Shown here piece by piece: positions 19,788-32,291 of a DNA stretch of 64,000 nt. A model generated the notes under the pieces. The model did no database searches and was not told the DNA's origin. It was given only the letters and a program-made list of their open reading frames with translations. The stretch comes from an uncultured Actinomycetes bacterium (GTDB lineage Bacteria > Actinomycetota > Thermoleophilia > Solirubrobacterales > Solirubrobacteraceae). The first letter of the stretch is position 1. Each line of letters begins with the position of its first letter. The translations under genes were made by a program, and so were the position numbers. The stretch lies in contig OY969120.1 of NCBI GenBank assembly GCA_963698095.1, positions 2,526,419-2,590,418 of the forward strand, given 5' to 3'.

Positions 19788-21113
19788 CCGAGCTGCTGCT
19801 GTTCAAGGACATCGACGAGCCCGGTCTCGCGACGATCGACGTCTACAAGCGCCGTGGCGGCTACCAGTCGCTGGAGCGCGCGCTCAAGATGCCCCGCGAG
19901 GAGGTCCTCCAGAACCTGCTCGACTCCGGCCTGCGCGGCCGCGGCGGGGCGGGCTTCGCGATGGGCAAGAAGGTCTCGTTCCTGCCGAAGGGGACGATCG
20001 ACAAGTACCTCGTGTGCAACGCGGACGAGTCGGAGCCCGGCACGTTCAAGGACCGCGAGCTGATGCAGAAGTGCCCGCACATGCTCGTGGAGGGGATGAT
20101 CATCGCCGCCTACGCCGCGGACGCGAACCGCTCCTTCATCTACATCCGCGGCGAGTACCAGCAGCAGGCGGAGATCCTCGACGCGCGCGATCGCGGAGGC
20201 GGAGGCGGCGGGGTACCTCGGCGAGAGGATCCTCGGCTCCGACCACTCGCAGTCCCTGGTCCTGCACCGCGGCGCCGGCGCCTACATCTGCGGCGAGGAG
20301 ACGGGCCTGCTCGACTCGCTCGAGGGCAAGCGCGGCAACCCGCGCTTGAAGCCGCCGTTCCCGGCCAACCAGGGCCTCTACCAGGGCCCGACGCTGATCA
20401 ACAACGTCGAGACGCTCGCGACGGTGCCGACGATCATCAAGCTGGGCGGCGCGGAGTACGCGAAGCTCGGCACCGAGACGTCGACCGGCACGAAGCTCGT
20501 GTCGGTGAGCGGCAATGTCCAGCGCCCCGGCAACTACGAGATCGAGCTGGGGATCCCGTCGCGCGAGATCATCTACGGCCTCGCCGGCGGGCCGGAGCCC
20601 GGCCGCGAGGTGAAGCTGTGGTTCCCGGGCGGCTCCTCCTCGCCGGTGCTCGAGGCGAAGGACCTCGACCTGCCGTACGACTTCGACTCGATGGCGAAGG
20701 CCGGCTCGATGCTCGGCTCCGGCGCGATCATCGTCGTGGACGACAGCGTCCGGGTGGTCGACGTCGCGCTGAAGCTCGCGAAGTTCTACAGACACGAGTC
20801 GTGCGGCAAGTGCACGCCGTGCCGCGAGGGGACGAACTGGACGGTGAAGATGCTGCAGCGCGTCGAGTCCGGCGAGGCGACGCCGATGGACCTCGACATC
20901 ATCGCCTCGGTCCAGGACCAGATCATGGGCAACTGCCTGTGCGTGCTGGGCGACGCGATGGCGATGCCGGTCGCGTCGATGGTGAAGAAGTTCCGCGCCG
21001 AGTTCGAGGCGCACATCGAGGAGCGGCGTGCGGCCAACGGCCTCGGTGCCCCGCACTACGACGCGCCGCTCGACGCCGCGCTGCACGGCGCGCCTGCGGG
21101 GGTGCACGCGTAA
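19784..21113 (+). CDS. nuoF: NADH-quinone oxidoreductase subunit F, frameshift near 20185
   Basis: [24 protein letters not shown]; shifted [13 protein letters not shown]; [12 protein letters not shown]. Confidence 0.9.
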
Positions 21114-23626
21114 TGCCGCGCCCCGAGGTCCGCATGGTCACGTTCTCGATCGACGGTCGCGAGGTGCAGGCGCCCGAGGGCGCGATGCTGGTCGACGGCG
21201 CGAAGTACGGCGACGTCGAGATCCCCGTCTTCTGTTACGAGCCGAAGCTCGGCAACCCCGTCGGCGCGTGCCGCATGTGCCTCGTCGAGATCGAGGGGAT
21301 CCCGAAGCTGCAGACCGCCTGCTCGACGCCGGTCAAGGACGGCATGGTCGTCCACACGCAGACGGAGCGCGTGAGAGAGGCGCAGAACAGCGTCGTCGAG
21401 TTCCTGCTCGTCAACCACCCGCTCGACTGCCCCGTCTGCGACAAGGGCGGCGAGTGCCCGCTGCAGGACATCACGTTCGGCTGGGGCCGCGGGATCTCGC
21501 GGATGGTCGAGCCCAAGCGCCACTTCAAGAAGCCGCTCGAGCTGTCGCCGCTGATCGCGATCGACCGCGAGCGCTGCATCCTCTGCTACCGCTGCGTGCG
21601 CTTCTCGCAGGAGGTGTCCGAGGACTACCAGCTCATCCTCCACGAGCGCGGCGCCACCTCGTACGTCGGCACGTTCGACTCGCATCCGTACGTGGCGCCG
21701 TTCAGCGGGAACATCATCGAGCTGTGCCCGGTGGGCGCGCTGACCTCGCGGCCCTACCGCTTCCGCGCGCGGCCGTGGGACATCGAGGGCGCCGGCACGG
21801 TCTGCACGTTGTGTCCTGCGCAGTGCAACGTCGAGCTGACGGTGCGGGACGAGCGCGTGCTGCGCGTGCTCGGCCGGGATCACACGGGCGTCGACGACGG
21901 CTGGCTCTGCGACAAGGGCCGCTTCGCGTACCAGTCGGTGCACAGCGAGGAGCGGATCGTCGAGCCGCTGGTGCGCGACGGCGACGCGCTGCGGCCGGCG
22001 TCGTGGGAGCGCGCTTTGAGCGCAGCCGCGGGTGCGCTGGGCAAGGCGCGCGGGTCGGTCGGCGCCGTCGTCGGTGGCGGGACGACGAACGAGGAGGGCT
22101 TCCTGCTTCAGCGCTTGCTGCGGGACGTGTTGGCATCGAGTGATGTGGACTCGCGCGTGGGTGGCGCGGTGCCGTTGGAGCTGCAGCGCGCTTTGGCCGC
22201 GCCCGCGCTCCAGGCGACTGTCCCGGACCTCGAGTTCGCGCACACCGTCCTCGTCCTGGGCACCGAGCCGGTCGACGACGGGCCAATTCTCGACCTGCGC
22301 ATCCGCAAGGGCGTGCGCCGTCGTGGCGTGCAGCTCGCGGTCGCGACACCGCGGCCGTCGTCGCTCGATCCGAACGCGAAGCTGTGGCTGCGCTATGCGC
22401 CGGGTGCGGAGCATGCGTTCCTGGCGGCTTTGGAGGCCGCTTTGGGCGCTTCCGGCGATGTCGATCAGCTGTGCGCCGCCGCCGATGCGGACCCGAAGGC
22501 GGTCCGTGCCCTGGCCGACCTCCTCATCGAGGAGGACCGCGGCGACGTGGTGATCCTGTGGGGCGAGCGCGTGTCCGCCGAGGCGCTGCCGGTGCTGCTG
22601 AACGTCGCCGGTCGGCTCGGCCTGGCCGAGCGCGAGGGTGCCGGCCTGCTGGAGGTCCCGTCGTCCGCGAACGCCCGCGGTCTCCGCGAGGCGGGCGTGC
22701 TGCCGAACGCGGGTCCGGGCCTCGCCGAGCCTGCCGCTGCCGGCCGCTCCGCGGGCGAGATCGCCGCGGCTGCCGCCGACGGCGAGCTGTCCGCGCTCTA
22801 CCTGCTGCACGCCGACCCGGTCCGCGACCAGACGGACGCGCCGCTGTGGCGGCGCGCCATGGCGCGCGCGACCACGGTCATCGCTCACAGCGCGTTCCTC
22901 ACCGACGAGCTGCGCGAGCACGCCACGGTGGTCTTCCCCGCCGAGTCCTACGCCGAGAAGGAAGGCACGGTCACGCACCCCGACGGCCGCCTGCAGCGCC
23001 TGCGCCCGGCGATCGGGCACCCGGGTTCCGTCCGCTCCGAGTGGTCGATCCTCGCGGAGCTGGAGCGAGCTGTGTCACTTAGGGGGTCGTATGGACCCCC
23101 AGAAGGACACACATCGCCACTCACGGGGCCGATGGCCAGCCAGCAGCTGTTCGAGGCGGTGCCGTTCTACGCCGGCCTGACGCTGGAGGAGATCGGCGGG
23201 CGCGGTGTGCGGTGGCAGGAGCGCGCGGCGGCCGAGGCGTTCCCGGCCGGTCCGGCGGGCCCGTTCGACGTCGGCGAACCTGTCGCGGCGCCGTCGCCCA
23301 ACGGCGTCCTGCGCCTCGGCACGTTCCGCTCCGTCTGGGCCGCGCCCGAGGTGGAGGCGTCGCCGGCGCTGAAGTTCCTTGCCCGCCACGCCACGCTGGA
23401 GGTCGCCCCCGTGGACGCCGAGCGGCTGGGGATCGAGAACGGCACGCGGGTAACAGTGTCGGCCGACGGCCGCACCGTCGAGGCCCGCGCCGCCCTGCGC
23501 GGCAACGCTCCCGCCGGGACCGTCTTCCTCGATGCCGGCCTGCCCGAGGGCGGGGCCGGCGAGCTGACGAACGGCGCGCCGCGCACCGTGACCGTGGAGC
23601 GAGCCCGCGCGGAGGTGCCCGCATGA
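21113..23626 (+). CDS. nuoG: NADH-quinone oxidoreductase subunit G
   Basis: [48 protein letters not shown]. Confidence 0.95.
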   Translation: MPRPEVRMVTFSIDGREVQAPEGAMLVDGAKYGDVEIPVFCYEPKLGNPVGACRMCLVEIEGIPKLQTACSTPVKDGMVVHTQTERVREAQNSVVEFLLVNHPLDCPVCDKGGECPLQDITFGWGRGISRMVEPKRHFKKPLELSPLIAIDRERCILCYRCVRFSQEVSEDYQLILHERGATSYVGTFDSHPYVAPFSGNIIELCPVGALTSRPYRFRARPWDIEGAGTVCTLCPAQCNVELTVRDERVLRVLGRDHTGVDDGWLCDKGRFAYQSVHSEERIVEPLVRDGDALRPASWERALSAAAGALGKARGSVGAVVGGGTTNEEGFLLQRLLRDVLASSDVDSRVGGAVPLELQRALAAPALQATVPDLEFAHTVLVLGTEPVDDGPILDLRIRKGVRRRGVQLAVATPRPSSLDPNAKLWLRYAPGAEHAFLAALEAALGASGDVDQLCAAADADPKAVRALADLLIEEDRGDVVILWGERVSAEALPVLLNVAGRLGLAEREGAGLLEVPSSANARGLREAGVLPNAGPGLAEPAAAGRSAGEIAAAAADGELSALYLLHADPVRDQTDAPLWRRAMARATTVIAHSAFLTDELREHATVVFPAESYAEKEGTVTHPDGRLQRLRPAIGHPGSVRSEWSILAELERAVSLRGSYGPPEGHTSPLTGPMASQQLFEAVPFYAGLTLEEIGGRGVRWQERAAAEAFPAGPAGPFDVGEPVAAPSPNGVLRLGTFRSVWAAPEVEASPALKFLARHATLEVAPVDAERLGIENGTRVTVSADGRTVEARAALRGNAPAGTVFLDAGLPEGGAGELTNGAPRTVTVERARAEVPA

Positions 23627-24657
23627 CGACCATCCTCGCCACCGTCGGCTACTCCGAGGCCTGGTGGATCCAGATCCTCAAGTCGCTGGTCATCTTCATC
23701 GTCGGCTTCAGCATGGTCCCGCTCGCGCTCATGATGGACCGCAAGCTGATGGGCCGCTTCCAGAACCGCTACGGCCCCAACCGCGTCGGCCCGTTCGGCG
23801 CGCTGCAGCCGATGGCGGACATCTTCAAGCTGCTCGTCAAGGAGCAGTTCCGCCCGCGCACGTCGGTCGGCTTCCTGTTCGCGATCGCGCCCGCGATCTC
23901 GATCGTGACCGCGTGCGTCGCGTTCGCGATCGTTCCGTTCGGCAACACCGTCGACATCTTCGGCACGCAGGTCGGCCTCTACGGGATCGACCCGTCGATC
24001 GGCGTGCTGTTCGCGTTCGCCTTCAGCGCGATCGCCGTCTACGGGCTGATGCTCGGCGGCTGGGCGTCGGGCTCGAAGTACAGCTTCCTCGGCGCGATGC
24101 GCTCCGCCGCGCAGCTGATCTCCTACGAGGTCTCGATGGGGCTCTCGCTCGTCGGCGTGATCATCACGTGCGGGACGCTGTCGCTGACGCAGATCGTCGC
24201 CCACCAGGACAGCGCCGGCATGTGGCTGTTCATCCCGCAGTTCGTCGGCTTCGTCGTCTTCATGGTCGCCGCGTTCGCGGAGACGAGCCGCCCGCCGTTC
24301 GACCTGCCCGAGGCCGACGCGGAGCTGGTCGCCGGCTACAACACCGAGTACGGCGGCGGCCGCTTCGCCTCCTACTACGCGGCCGAGTACTTCCACATGG
24401 TGATCGCGTCGGGCATCGCGGTGACGATGTTCTTCGGTGGCTGGCTGCTGCCGTTCGGCATCGACCCGCCGACGTGGGTGGACCCGATCGTGGTGCTCGT
24501 GAAGCTCACGCTCGTGATCGCCATCTTCGTGTGGGTGCGCGCGACGCTGCCGCGCCTGCGCTACGACCAGCTCATGTCCCTGGGCTGGAAGGTCCTGCTG
24601 CCCCTGGCCACGGCCAACGCGCTCGTGACCGCGATCGTCGTGACGGTGACGAACTGA
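23623..24657 (+). CDS. nuoH: NADH-quinone oxidoreductase subunit H
   Basis: [44 protein letters not shown]. Confidence 0.95.
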   Translation: MTTILATVGYSEAWWIQILKSLVIFIVGFSMVPLALMMDRKLMGRFQNRYGPNRVGPFGALQPMADIFKLLVKEQFRPRTSVGFLFAIAPAISIVTACVAFAIVPFGNTVDIFGTQVGLYGIDPSIGVLFAFAFSAIAVYGLMLGGWASGSKYSFLGAMRSAAQLISYEVSMGLSLVGVIITCGTLSLTQIVAHQDSAGMWLFIPQFVGFVVFMVAAFAETSRPPFDLPEADAELVAGYNTEYGGGRFASYYAAEYFHMVIASGIAVTMFFGGWLLPFGIDPPTWVDPIVVLVKLTLVIAIFVWVRATLPRLRYDQLMSLGWKVLLPLATANALVTAIVVTVTN

Positions 24658-25214
24658 TGACCGACGCCCTGGAGATCAAGCGCTGGACCCCGCCCGGCGA
24701 GGACGTGATCGCCGTGCAGCGCGGCCCCGAGCCCGGCGGCGCCGGCGGCCTCTACCGCGCGTTCGGCGAGACGCTGCGCGGGCTCAAGACGACCTTCGGC
24801 CGCCTGGTCGAGGGGCCGATCGTCTACCAGTACCCGGAGGAGAAGATCCCCGTGTACCCGCGCTTCCGCGGGCGCCACAAGCTGCACAAGTTCGAGGACA
24901 CCGGCCTGGAGAAGTGCGTCGGCTGCTCGCTGTGCGCGGCCGCCTGCCCGGCCGACTGCATCCGCGTCGTCGCGGCCGAGAACGAGCCCGACCACCGCGT
25001 CTCGGCGGGCGAGCGCTACGCGGCGGTCTACGAGATCAACATGTCGCGCTGCATCTTCTGCGGCTACTGCGAGGTCGCGTGCCCGTTCGACGCGATCACG
25101 ATGGGCCACGACTTCGAGCTGTCGGACTACAACCGCGACGACCTCATCTTCACCAAGGAGATGCTGCTCGCCGAGCCGCTCGAGCGCACGCCGCTGCGGA
25201 GCGAGGACGAGTAG
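24657..25214 (+). CDS. nuoI: NADH-quinone oxidoreductase subunit I
   Basis: [13 protein letters not shown] and [13 protein letters not shown]. Confidence 0.95.
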   Translation: MTDALEIKRWTPPGEDVIAVQRGPEPGGAGGLYRAFGETLRGLKTTFGRLVEGPIVYQYPEEKIPVYPRFRGRHKLHKFEDTGLEKCVGCSLCAAACPADCIRVVAAENEPDHRVSAGERYAAVYEINMSRCIFCGYCEVACPFDAITMGHDFELSDYNRDDLIFTKEMLLAEPLERTPLRSEDE

Positions 25215-25868
25215 ATGGCGGCGGTCGTCTTCTTCGTCGCGGCGATCGGCGCCATCGCGGGAGCGATCGGCGTCGTCGCGCTGCGCAACCCCTTCTACAG
25301 CGTGCTTGCGCTCGTCGGCCACCTGCTGTCGCTGGCCGCTCTGTTCCTGCTGCTGCGCGCGGAGTTCATCGCCGCCGCGCAGGTCGTCGTCTACGCCGGC
25401 GCGGTGATGGTGCTCTACCTGTTCGTCGTCTCCTACATCGGCAGCGGCGTGCGCCAGCTCACGCCCGGCGGATCGGGGCTGCGGCTCGTCGCGGGCGGCG
25501 CGGTGCTCGCGCTGTTCGTGGAGCTGGCGATCGCCGTGCTCGGCTCCGGCCTCAAGGCGGTCTCCGGCGACGGCGCTCCCTACGTGAGCGGCTTCGGCTC
25601 GCCGGCCGCGATCGGCGAGGCGCTGCTGACGAAGTTCCTCTTCCCGTTCGAGGTCGCCTCGCTGCTGCTGCTCGTGGCCGCCGTCGGCGCGGTCGTCTTG
25701 GCGCGGCGCCGGAAGGGCACGACGCTCGACGACGACGAGCGCGACCCCGCGCACTGGATCACGCCGCGCTCGCTGTTCAGCGGGACGATGGCGGAGGCCG
25801 TCGGCGCGATCCGCGACCCCGCGGAGCCCGTCGGCGTCGCCGACGACGACGAGCGGAGCGGCTGGTAA
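25215..25868 (+). CDS. nuoJ: NADH-quinone oxidoreductase subunit J
   Basis: [35 protein letters not shown]. Confidence 0.95.
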   Translation: MAAVVFFVAAIGAIAGAIGVVALRNPFYSVLALVGHLLSLAALFLLLRAEFIAAAQVVVYAGAVMVLYLFVVSYIGSGVRQLTPGGSGLRLVAGGAVLALFVELAIAVLGSGLKAVSGDGAPYVSGFGSPAAIGEALLTKFLFPFEVASLLLLVAAVGAVVLARRRKGTTLDDDERDPAHWITPRSLFSGTMAEAVGAIRDPAEPVGVADDDERSGW

Positions 25869-26167
25869 TGGCGATCGACTGGTACCTCGTCGTGTCCGCG
25901 CTGATCTTCTGCATCGGCGCCGGCGGCGTGCTCGTGCGGCGCAACCCGCTCGTGATCCTGCTGTGCCTCGAGCTGATGCTCAACGCGGCGAACCTCGCGT
26001 TGATCGCGTTCGCGCGCATGCACGGCAACAGCGACGGCCAGATCTTCGCGCTGATCGTAATGGTCGTCGCCGCCTGCGAGGTGACCGTCGGCCTCGGCCT
26101 GATCGTCGCGATCTTCCGCCGCCGCCTTCCGATCGATGTCGACGAGCTGCGGGAGCTTCAGGGATGA
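25868..26167 (+). CDS. nuoK: NADH-quinone oxidoreductase subunit K
   Basis: [24 protein letters not shown]. Confidence 0.95.
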   Translation: MAIDWYLVVSALIFCIGAGGVLVRRNPLVILLCLELMLNAANLALIAFARMHGNSDGQIFALIVMVVAACEVTVGLGLIVAIFRRRLPIDVDELRELQG

Positions 26168-28179
26168 ACACGACGACTTGGGCCTGGCTCGTGCTGGCGT
26201 TTCCGCTGGCCGGGGCGATCGTCAACGGCCTCGGCTACAAGAAGCTCGGCCGCGGCGGCGCGGGCGCGATCGGCACGCTGGCGATCGGCCTCGCGTTCGT
26301 CTGCGCGGTCGCCGCGCTGATCGGCCTGCAGGGCCACGCGTCGAACGACCGCGCGCTCGTCTCCTCGCTGTGGGACTACGCCGTCACCGGCGACGTGAAC
26401 GCGAAGCTGTCGATCCTCGTCGACCCGCTGTCCGTCTACATGATGCTCGTGGTGACGGGCGTCTCGACGCTGATCCACCTCTACTCGGTCAGCTACATGA
26501 GAGGCGACCGCGGGTACTCGCGCTACTTCGCGTACCTCAACTTCTTCGTCTTCTCGATGCTCGTGCTGGTGCTCGGCGGCAACTTCCTGATGCTGATCGT
26601 CGGGTGGGCGTTCGTCGGCGCGGCCTCGTACCTGCTGATCTCCTTCTGGTACCGCCGCGGCACCGCGACGAGAGCCGGCATCAAGGCGTTCGTGATCAAC
26701 GTCGTCGGCGACGTCGGGCTCGTGCTCGGCACCTTCTTCATCCTGCGCCACAGCGGCACGCTCGACTTCCTCGGCACGTTCAGAGCGGTCGAGGGCGGCG
26801 CGTTCGCCGGCCACCAGGGCTCGCTCACGGCCGGCTGCCTGCTGCTGCTCGTCGGCGCGTTCGCGAAGAGCGCGCAGATCCCGCTGCACACCTGGCTCCC
26901 GGACGCGATGGAGGGCCCGACGCCGGTCTCCTCCCTGATCCACGCCGCCACGATGGTGACCGCGGGCGTCTACCTCATCGCGCGCATGCACCCGCTGTTC
27001 GAGCGCGCCCCGGCGGCCGCCGACACAGCCGCGATCGTCGGCTGCGTGACGCTGCTCGTCGCCGGCACGATCGGGCTCGTGATGACGGACATCAAGCGCG
27101 TGATCGCGTACTCGACGATGTCGCAGATCGGCTACATGATCATGGCCGTCGGCGCCGGCGGCTACGTCGCGGGCCTGTTCCACCTGATGACGCACGCCTT
27201 CTTCAAGGCGCTGCTGTTCATGGCGGCCGGCTCGATCATCGGCGCGATGGGCGGGCGGGCAGTCGCTGGAGAGAATGAGCGGCTTCCGCAGAGCGATGCC
27301 GTTCACGTTCGGCTGCTTCGTCGTCGGCGGGCTCGCTCTGAGCGGCGTGCCGCCGTTCTCCGGCTTCTTCTCAAGGACGAGATCCTCGCGTTCGTCGGCT
27401 CGCGCGGCGGCTGGTTCGACGCGCTCTACGTGCTCGGCTACGCGGGCGCGTTCCTGACCGCCGTCTACACCTGGCGGATGATCTTCCGCGCGTTCTTCGG
27501 CGAGCCGTGCGCGGAGGCGAAGGAGCTGGAGCACGGCCACCTCGCGCACGCCGAGGTCCCGACGAACCCCGCCAACGGCGAGGTCGAGGACACCGACGTC
27601 GGCTTCCCCGGCCCGGAGCACACGATCGCCGAGCGGGCGCTGCCGATGAAGGTCGCGATGACGCTGCTGGCGATCGGCGCGACGTTCGCCGGGTTCGTGC
27701 AGATCCCGCACGTCGACCACGTGATCACGAACTTCCTGCAGCCGACGTTCGCCGACTCGAAGTGGGTCGACCACGAGCCGTCGAACGCGCTGGTGAACTT
27801 CGGCCTCGTGATCGGCACGGTGATCGGGCTGTCGGGCATCGCGCTCGCCTACCGCGTGTGGGTGCTGAAGCCGGGCTCGGCGGCCGCCTGGCAGGCGCGC
27901 CTGAAGCCGGTCTACACGCTGTTCGTCAACAAGTGGTACTTCGACGAGGCGATCGACCTGCTCGTCGTGCGGCCGTTCGCGGCCTTCGGCCGCTTCGCCC
28001 GCGGGACGTTCGAGCGCGTGTTCGTCGACGGCACGCTCGTCGGCGGGACGACCGGCATCGTGCGCGCCGGCTCGGCCGCGGTGCGCGCGATCCAGACGGG
28101 CTTCCTGCGCTACTACGCCGCGCTGCTGCTGCTCGGCGTGGCCGCCGTCGCTCCTCTACTTCCTGATCCTGCGAGCTAG
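26164..28179 (+). CDS. nuoL: NADH-quinone oxidoreductase subunit L, with compensating frameshifts (~27252 and ~27370) and a likely C-terminal indel
   Basis: [47 protein letters not shown]; segment [12 protein letters not shown]...PPFSGFF sits in another frame. Confidence 0.9.
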   Translation: MNTTTWAWLVLAFPLAGAIVNGLGYKKLGRGGAGAIGTLAIGLAFVCAVAALIGLQGHASNDRALVSSLWDYAVTGDVNAKLSILVDPLSVYMMLVVTGVSTLIHLYSVSYMRGDRGYSRYFAYLNFFVFSMLVLVLGGNFLMLIVGWAFVGAASYLLISFWYRRGTATRAGIKAFVINVVGDVGLVLGTFFILRHSGTLDFLGTFRAVEGGAFAGHQGSLTAGCLLLLVGAFAKSAQIPLHTWLPDAMEGPTPVSSLIHAATMVTAGVYLIARMHPLFERAPAAADTAAIVGCVTLLVAGTIGLVMTDIKRVIAYSTMSQIGYMIMAVGAGGYVAGLFHLMTHAFFKALLFMAAGSIIGAMGGRAVAGENERLPQSDAVHVRLLRRRRARSERRAAVLRLLLKDEILAFVGSRGGWFDALYVLGYAGAFLTAVYTWRMIFRAFFGEPCAEAKELEHGHLAHAEVPTNPANGEVEDTDVGFPGPEHTIAERALPMKVAMTLLAIGATFAGFVQIPHVDHVITNFLQPTFADSKWVDHEPSNALVNFGLVIGTVIGLSGIALAYRVWVLKPGSAAAWQARLKPVYTLFVNKWYFDEAIDLLVVRPFAAFGRFARGTFERVFVDGTLVGGTTGIVRAGSAAVRAIQTGFLRYYAALLLLGVAAVAPLLPDPAS

Positions 28180-28190
28180 GTGACGCTTCG

Positions 28191-29744
28191 ATGACCCTCT
28201 CGATCCTCATCTGGCTGCCGCTCGTCGTCGCCGTGCTCGGGCGCGATCTGGGGCGCGAGCGTCGCTTCGCGCCTGGCGTTGCTCGGCTCGCTCGCCACGC
28301 TCGGCGTCGCGATCTCGCTCGTCGTCCGCTACAAGACCGGCGGCGGGCTGCAGTTCGTCACCGACCGCTCGTGGATCTCGCTCGCTCGGGATCCACTACT
28401 CGCTCGGGCTCGACGGCCTCAACGTCTTGCTCGTGCTGCTGACGACCGTCCTGTTCGCCGGCGCGACGCTCGCCGCGAACCTGCGCGACTGGGAGCGCTC
28501 GCCGCAGTTCTACCTGTTGCTCGGCGCCGGCGAGACGGCCGTGCTCGGCGCCTTCTGCGCGCAGGACCTGATCCTGTTCGTCGCCTTCTTCGACCTGATG
28601 CTGATCCCGTTCTACTTCCTGACCGGGATCTGGGGCGCGGGCGAGCGCAGCGAGCGCGTGCGCGCGACGACGAAGCTCGTCATCTACACGCTCGTCGGCT
28701 CGCTGCTGATGCTCGTCGCGGCGGTCGCGACCGGCGTGCTCGCCTCGCAGCAGCAGCAACACGGGCCTGACCTTCTCGCTCGCGGCGCTCGCGAGACTGC
28801 CGCTGTCGCGCGGCTCGCAGGAGTGGATCTTCCTCTGCTTCGCGGCCGCGTTCCTGGTCAAGATGCCGGCCTTCCCGCTGCACGGCTGGATGCCCGACGG
28901 CTACCGCACGATGCCGCTTGCCGGTGCTCGCGGTCTTCTCCGGCGTCGTCTCGAAGGTCGCCGCCTACGGGCTTCCTGCGCGATCGTGCTGCCGATCTTC
29001 CCGGCCGCCTCGGTGCACTTCCAGACGCTGCTGCTGCTGATCGCGCTTGGCCTCGATCCTCTACGGCTCGGCGATGGCGTTCACGACGACGAACGCACGC
29101 CTCGTGATCGGCTACTCGTCGGTCGCCCAGCTGGGCTTCATCACGCTCGGGATCTTCGCGCTGAACCAGGACGGGGTGCAGGGCGCGCTGCTGCAGATGG
29201 TCAACCACGGGCTCGTCGACGCTGCCGCTGTTCTTCATCGTCGGCCTGCTGGCCGCGCGCGCCGGCGGCAGCGAGGACATGCGCGACATGGGCGGGATCG
29301 CCTTCCGCGCGCCGGTGCTGGCGTCGATCTTCCTGATCGTCGGGCTCGCGACGCTCGCGATGCCGGGCTCGGCCAACTTCGTCGGCGAGTTCCTGATCCT
29401 GCTCGGCGTCTTCAAGGCGAAGGTCGTGTTCGCGTTCGTCGCCTCGGTCGGCGTCGCGATGGCCGCCGTCTACGTGCTGCGCGCGTTCATCCGCGCGATG
29501 CACAACCGCGTCGGCCCGAGCGTCGACTCGCGCGAGGTGACGTTCGCGCGACCTCGCCGTGCTCGTGCCGCTCGTGCTCGCGATCCTCGCGCTCGCGCTG
29601 TATCCGCAGTTCGGCCTGAAGCGCTCGGAGCCGGCGGCGAAGACGGCCGTCGCGGCTGTGACCGCGCAGTCGACGACTGTTGCCGACGCCGCCGTCGGCG
29701 GTCGCCTGGTCCGCGTGGTGACGCGGGGAGCGGACAAGCCATGA
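28191..29744 (+). CDS. nuoM: NADH-quinone oxidoreductase subunit M, several frameshifts
   Basis: Fragments in successive frames: FFDLMLIPFYFL, KMPAFPLHGWMPD, GYSSVAQLGF, QMVNHG, MPGSANFVGEFLIL. Confidence 0.85.
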
Positions 29745-31323
29745 CCGCCCTGTTCGCCGTCGCCGCCGCGCACGCCAAGGCGCCGCACATCGACTACGCC
29801 GGGCTGTCGCCGTTCTTCGCGCTCGGCGGCGGCGCGCTGTTGACGCTGCTGCTCGGCCTGCTCCCCGGCCGCTGGGTCCGCGCAGCGCGACGCCGCTGCT
29901 CGCGCTCGTCGCGCTCGGCGCCGCGATCGGGCTCGGGATCTGGCAGTTCCACGCACACGACAGTCGCTCGTCGCGGGCGCGCTGCGTCTCCGACGACCTC
30001 ACGCTCGTGCTGCTGTTCGCGTTCGCCGCCGCCGGCATCGGCGCGGTGCTGCTCGCGTGGCGCTCGCAGCGCCGCCGAGGAGTCCGCCCACGGCGAGTTC
30101 TTCAGCCTGCTGCTGTTCAGCGTCCTCGGCATGGCGATCCTCGTCGCCGCGACAGAACCTCGTGACGCTGTTCCTCGGCTTCGAGCTGCTGTCGATCCCG
30201 CTGTACGTGCTGTGCGCGACCGAGCTGCGCCGCGAGCGCTCGCTCGAGTCGGGCCTCAAGTACCTGATCGTCGGCTCGGTCGGCTCGGCGACGCTGCGTC
30301 TACGGGCTCGCGCTGATCTACGGCGCGACCGGCTCGACCGACTACAGCGGCATCAACGCGGCGATCACAGGCGGCGCCGGGGTCGGCGGTGACGTGCTGC
30401 TGCTGTCGGGCATCGGCCTGACGCTCGTCGGCCTCGCCTTCAAGGCCTCCGTCGCGCCGTTCCACCAGTGGACGCCGGACGTCTACGAGGGCGCGCCGAC
30501 GCCGGTCACCGCCTTCATGGCGGTCGCGACGAAGGCGGCCGCGCTCGGCGTGCTGCTGCGCCTGTTCGACTCCGCGCTGATCGGCGCGCAGAACGACTGG
30601 CGGCCGCTGCTCGCCGCGCTCGCCGCGATCACGATCGTCGTCGGCAACGTCGGCGCGCTCGGGCAGACCTCGCTCAAGCGGATGCTCGCCTACTCGGGCG
30701 TCGCGCAGGCCGGCTACCTGCTCGCGGGCGTGATCGTCGCGACGCAGCTCGGCGCGAAGGCGACCGTCTTCTACCTCGTCGTCTACCTCGCGATGAACCT
30801 CGCCGCGTTCGCCGTGATCGTCGCGCGCGAGCGGGCGAGCGACTTCGGCGACGACCTCGGCGCGTTCGCCGGCCTCGGCCGCACGCAGCCGCTGCTCGCC
30901 TGGCCGCTGACGATCGCGATGCTCGCGCTGGCCGGCGTCCCCGCTACGGCCGGCTTCATCGGCAAGGTCTACCTGATCGACGCGCTCGTCGACGGCGGCT
31001 ACACGTGGCTCGCGGTCGTGCTCGTCGTCGGCTCGATGATCTCGCTCGGCTACTACCTGCGGGTGGTGGCGACGATGTGGATGCGCGACGCGCCGGACGC
31101 GCCCGCGGCTCCCGTCGCGGTCGGCGCCGGCGGCCTGCCGGTGATCGCCGGCGGCTCGCAGGAGGCCGACGCGCTGGCCGAGGCCGCGGCGGCCGGGCCG
31201 CAGATCGAGGTGCTGCTCGTCGCGTGGATCGCGGCCGCCGCGACCGTCGTGCTCGGGATCGTCCCGCAGCCGCTGTTCGAGCTCGCCGCGCACGCCGGCC
31301 GCGCGCTGACCGGCATCTTTTGA
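29741..31323 (+). CDS. nuoN: NADH-quinone oxidoreductase subunit N, several frameshifts in the 5' third
   Basis: FLGFELLSIPLY, ESGLKY, FKASVAPFHQWTPDVYEGAPTPV, KRMLAYSGVAQAGY. Confidence 0.85.
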
Positions 31324-31484
31324 TGGTCGATTCCCCGATCTCGCGGCGCGAGGGTCACGCTGGGCGGCGCTGGGCGCCACGCGGAGTCTCGCCAATGCCA
31401 CCAGCATTGGCTTCGCCACCGCGCGTCCCCCAGCATCCGCCCATCGCACCCCTCGCATCCACGAATCTCGTGGAATCAACCATC
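31322..31484. repeat. Long imperfect inverted repeat (~78-nt arms, 5-nt loop); REPIN/MITE-like or ncRNA
   Basis: GATGGTCGATTCC...GCCAATGC-cacca-GCATTGGC...GGAATCAACCATC; arms align along their full length. Confidence 0.7.
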
Positions 31485-31507
31485 TAGGCGGACGACGGAG
31501 GGTCGCC

Positions 31508-31891
31508 GTGGACTCGACCCTCTGGATCGCCGTCCGCTGGCTCCACCTCGTCGCGATGGCGTTCTTCGTCGGCGGCCAGCTGTTCCTCGCGGCCGTCGTC
31601 GTGCCGGCGCTGCGCGGCGCCGAGACGAAACCGGCGTTGCGCACGATCGCCCGGCGCTTCGGCGCCGGCACGCTGGCCGCGATCGGCGTGCTGCTGGCGA
31701 GCGGTGCGGCGATGGCCTCGCATTACCGCCTGTGGAGCGACGGCACCCTGCACGTCAAGCTCGCGCTCGTGGCGGTCGTCGCCGGTCTCGTCGTCTGGCA
31801 CATGCGCCGGCCGCAGCTGCACGCGTTGGAGGGCCTGATCTTCCTCGGCTCGCTCGCGATCGTTTGGCTCGGCATCGCGCTCGCGCACTGA
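31508..31891 (+). CDS. CopD-like/DUF4149-like small membrane protein
   Basis: WLHLVAMAFFVGG, LHVKLALV; four TM segments; GGAGG RBS. Confidence 0.6.
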   Translation: MDSTLWIAVRWLHLVAMAFFVGGQLFLAAVVVPALRGAETKPALRTIARRFGAGTLAAIGVLLASGAAMASHYRLWSDGTLHVKLALVAVVAGLVVWHMRRPQLHALEGLIFLGSLAIVWLGIALAH

Positions 31892-31928
31892 TGCGTCCGC
31901 CGACCGCATCGCGGGCTACGATCGCGCG

Positions 31929-32291
31929 GTGTCCCCCAAGTCGAAGCGCGAGCTCGCGCGTCAGCATCTGGAGACCGCGCGAGCCGATCTCGACGGCGAG
32001 CGCTACGGAGACGCGCTCAACGCGATGTTCCACTCTGCCGAGGCGGCCGTGGTCTGGCTCGCCGATCACCATGGGATCGAGACGAGAAGGCTGCACTGGG
32101 TGAAAGCAGAGGCCGCCGAGCAGCTGCATGCCGGAGGCGTCACCGGCGAGGATCACGGAGATCTCCTGCGCGACCTCAACCAGGGCCGCAAGGACTACTG
32201 GTACGACGGCGAGGAGCCGGATCCTGACGAGCTGCGGACGCACCTCTCCGCGGTCGAGGCGCTCGTGCTGGATGCGGAGGCCGTGCAATGA
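31929..32291 (+). CDS. HEPN-domain protein (RxxxxY type)
   Basis: All-helical 120 aa; ALNAMFHSAEAAV, GIETRRLH and LNQGRKDYWY match the MNT-associated HEPN pattern. Confidence 0.7.
   Translation: MSPKSKRELARQHLETARADLDGERYGDALNAMFHSAEAAVVWLADHHGIETRRLHWVKAEAAEQLHAGGVTGEDHGDLLRDLNQGRKDYWYDGEEPDPDELRTHLSAVEALVLDAEAVQ

Noticed and set aside
13998-23626. Apparent fusions X-NuoB, NuoD-NuoE and NuoF-NuoG in the ORF track
   Set aside because: Produced by open upstream frames and by the nuoD/nuoF indels; each subunit has its own overlapping start and stop
17859-31323. nuo genes as true pseudogenes or programmed frameshifts
   Set aside because: No in-frame stops or sequence decay, no slippery heptamers noticed, and the same indel pattern occurs in unrelated genes; assembly error is more likely
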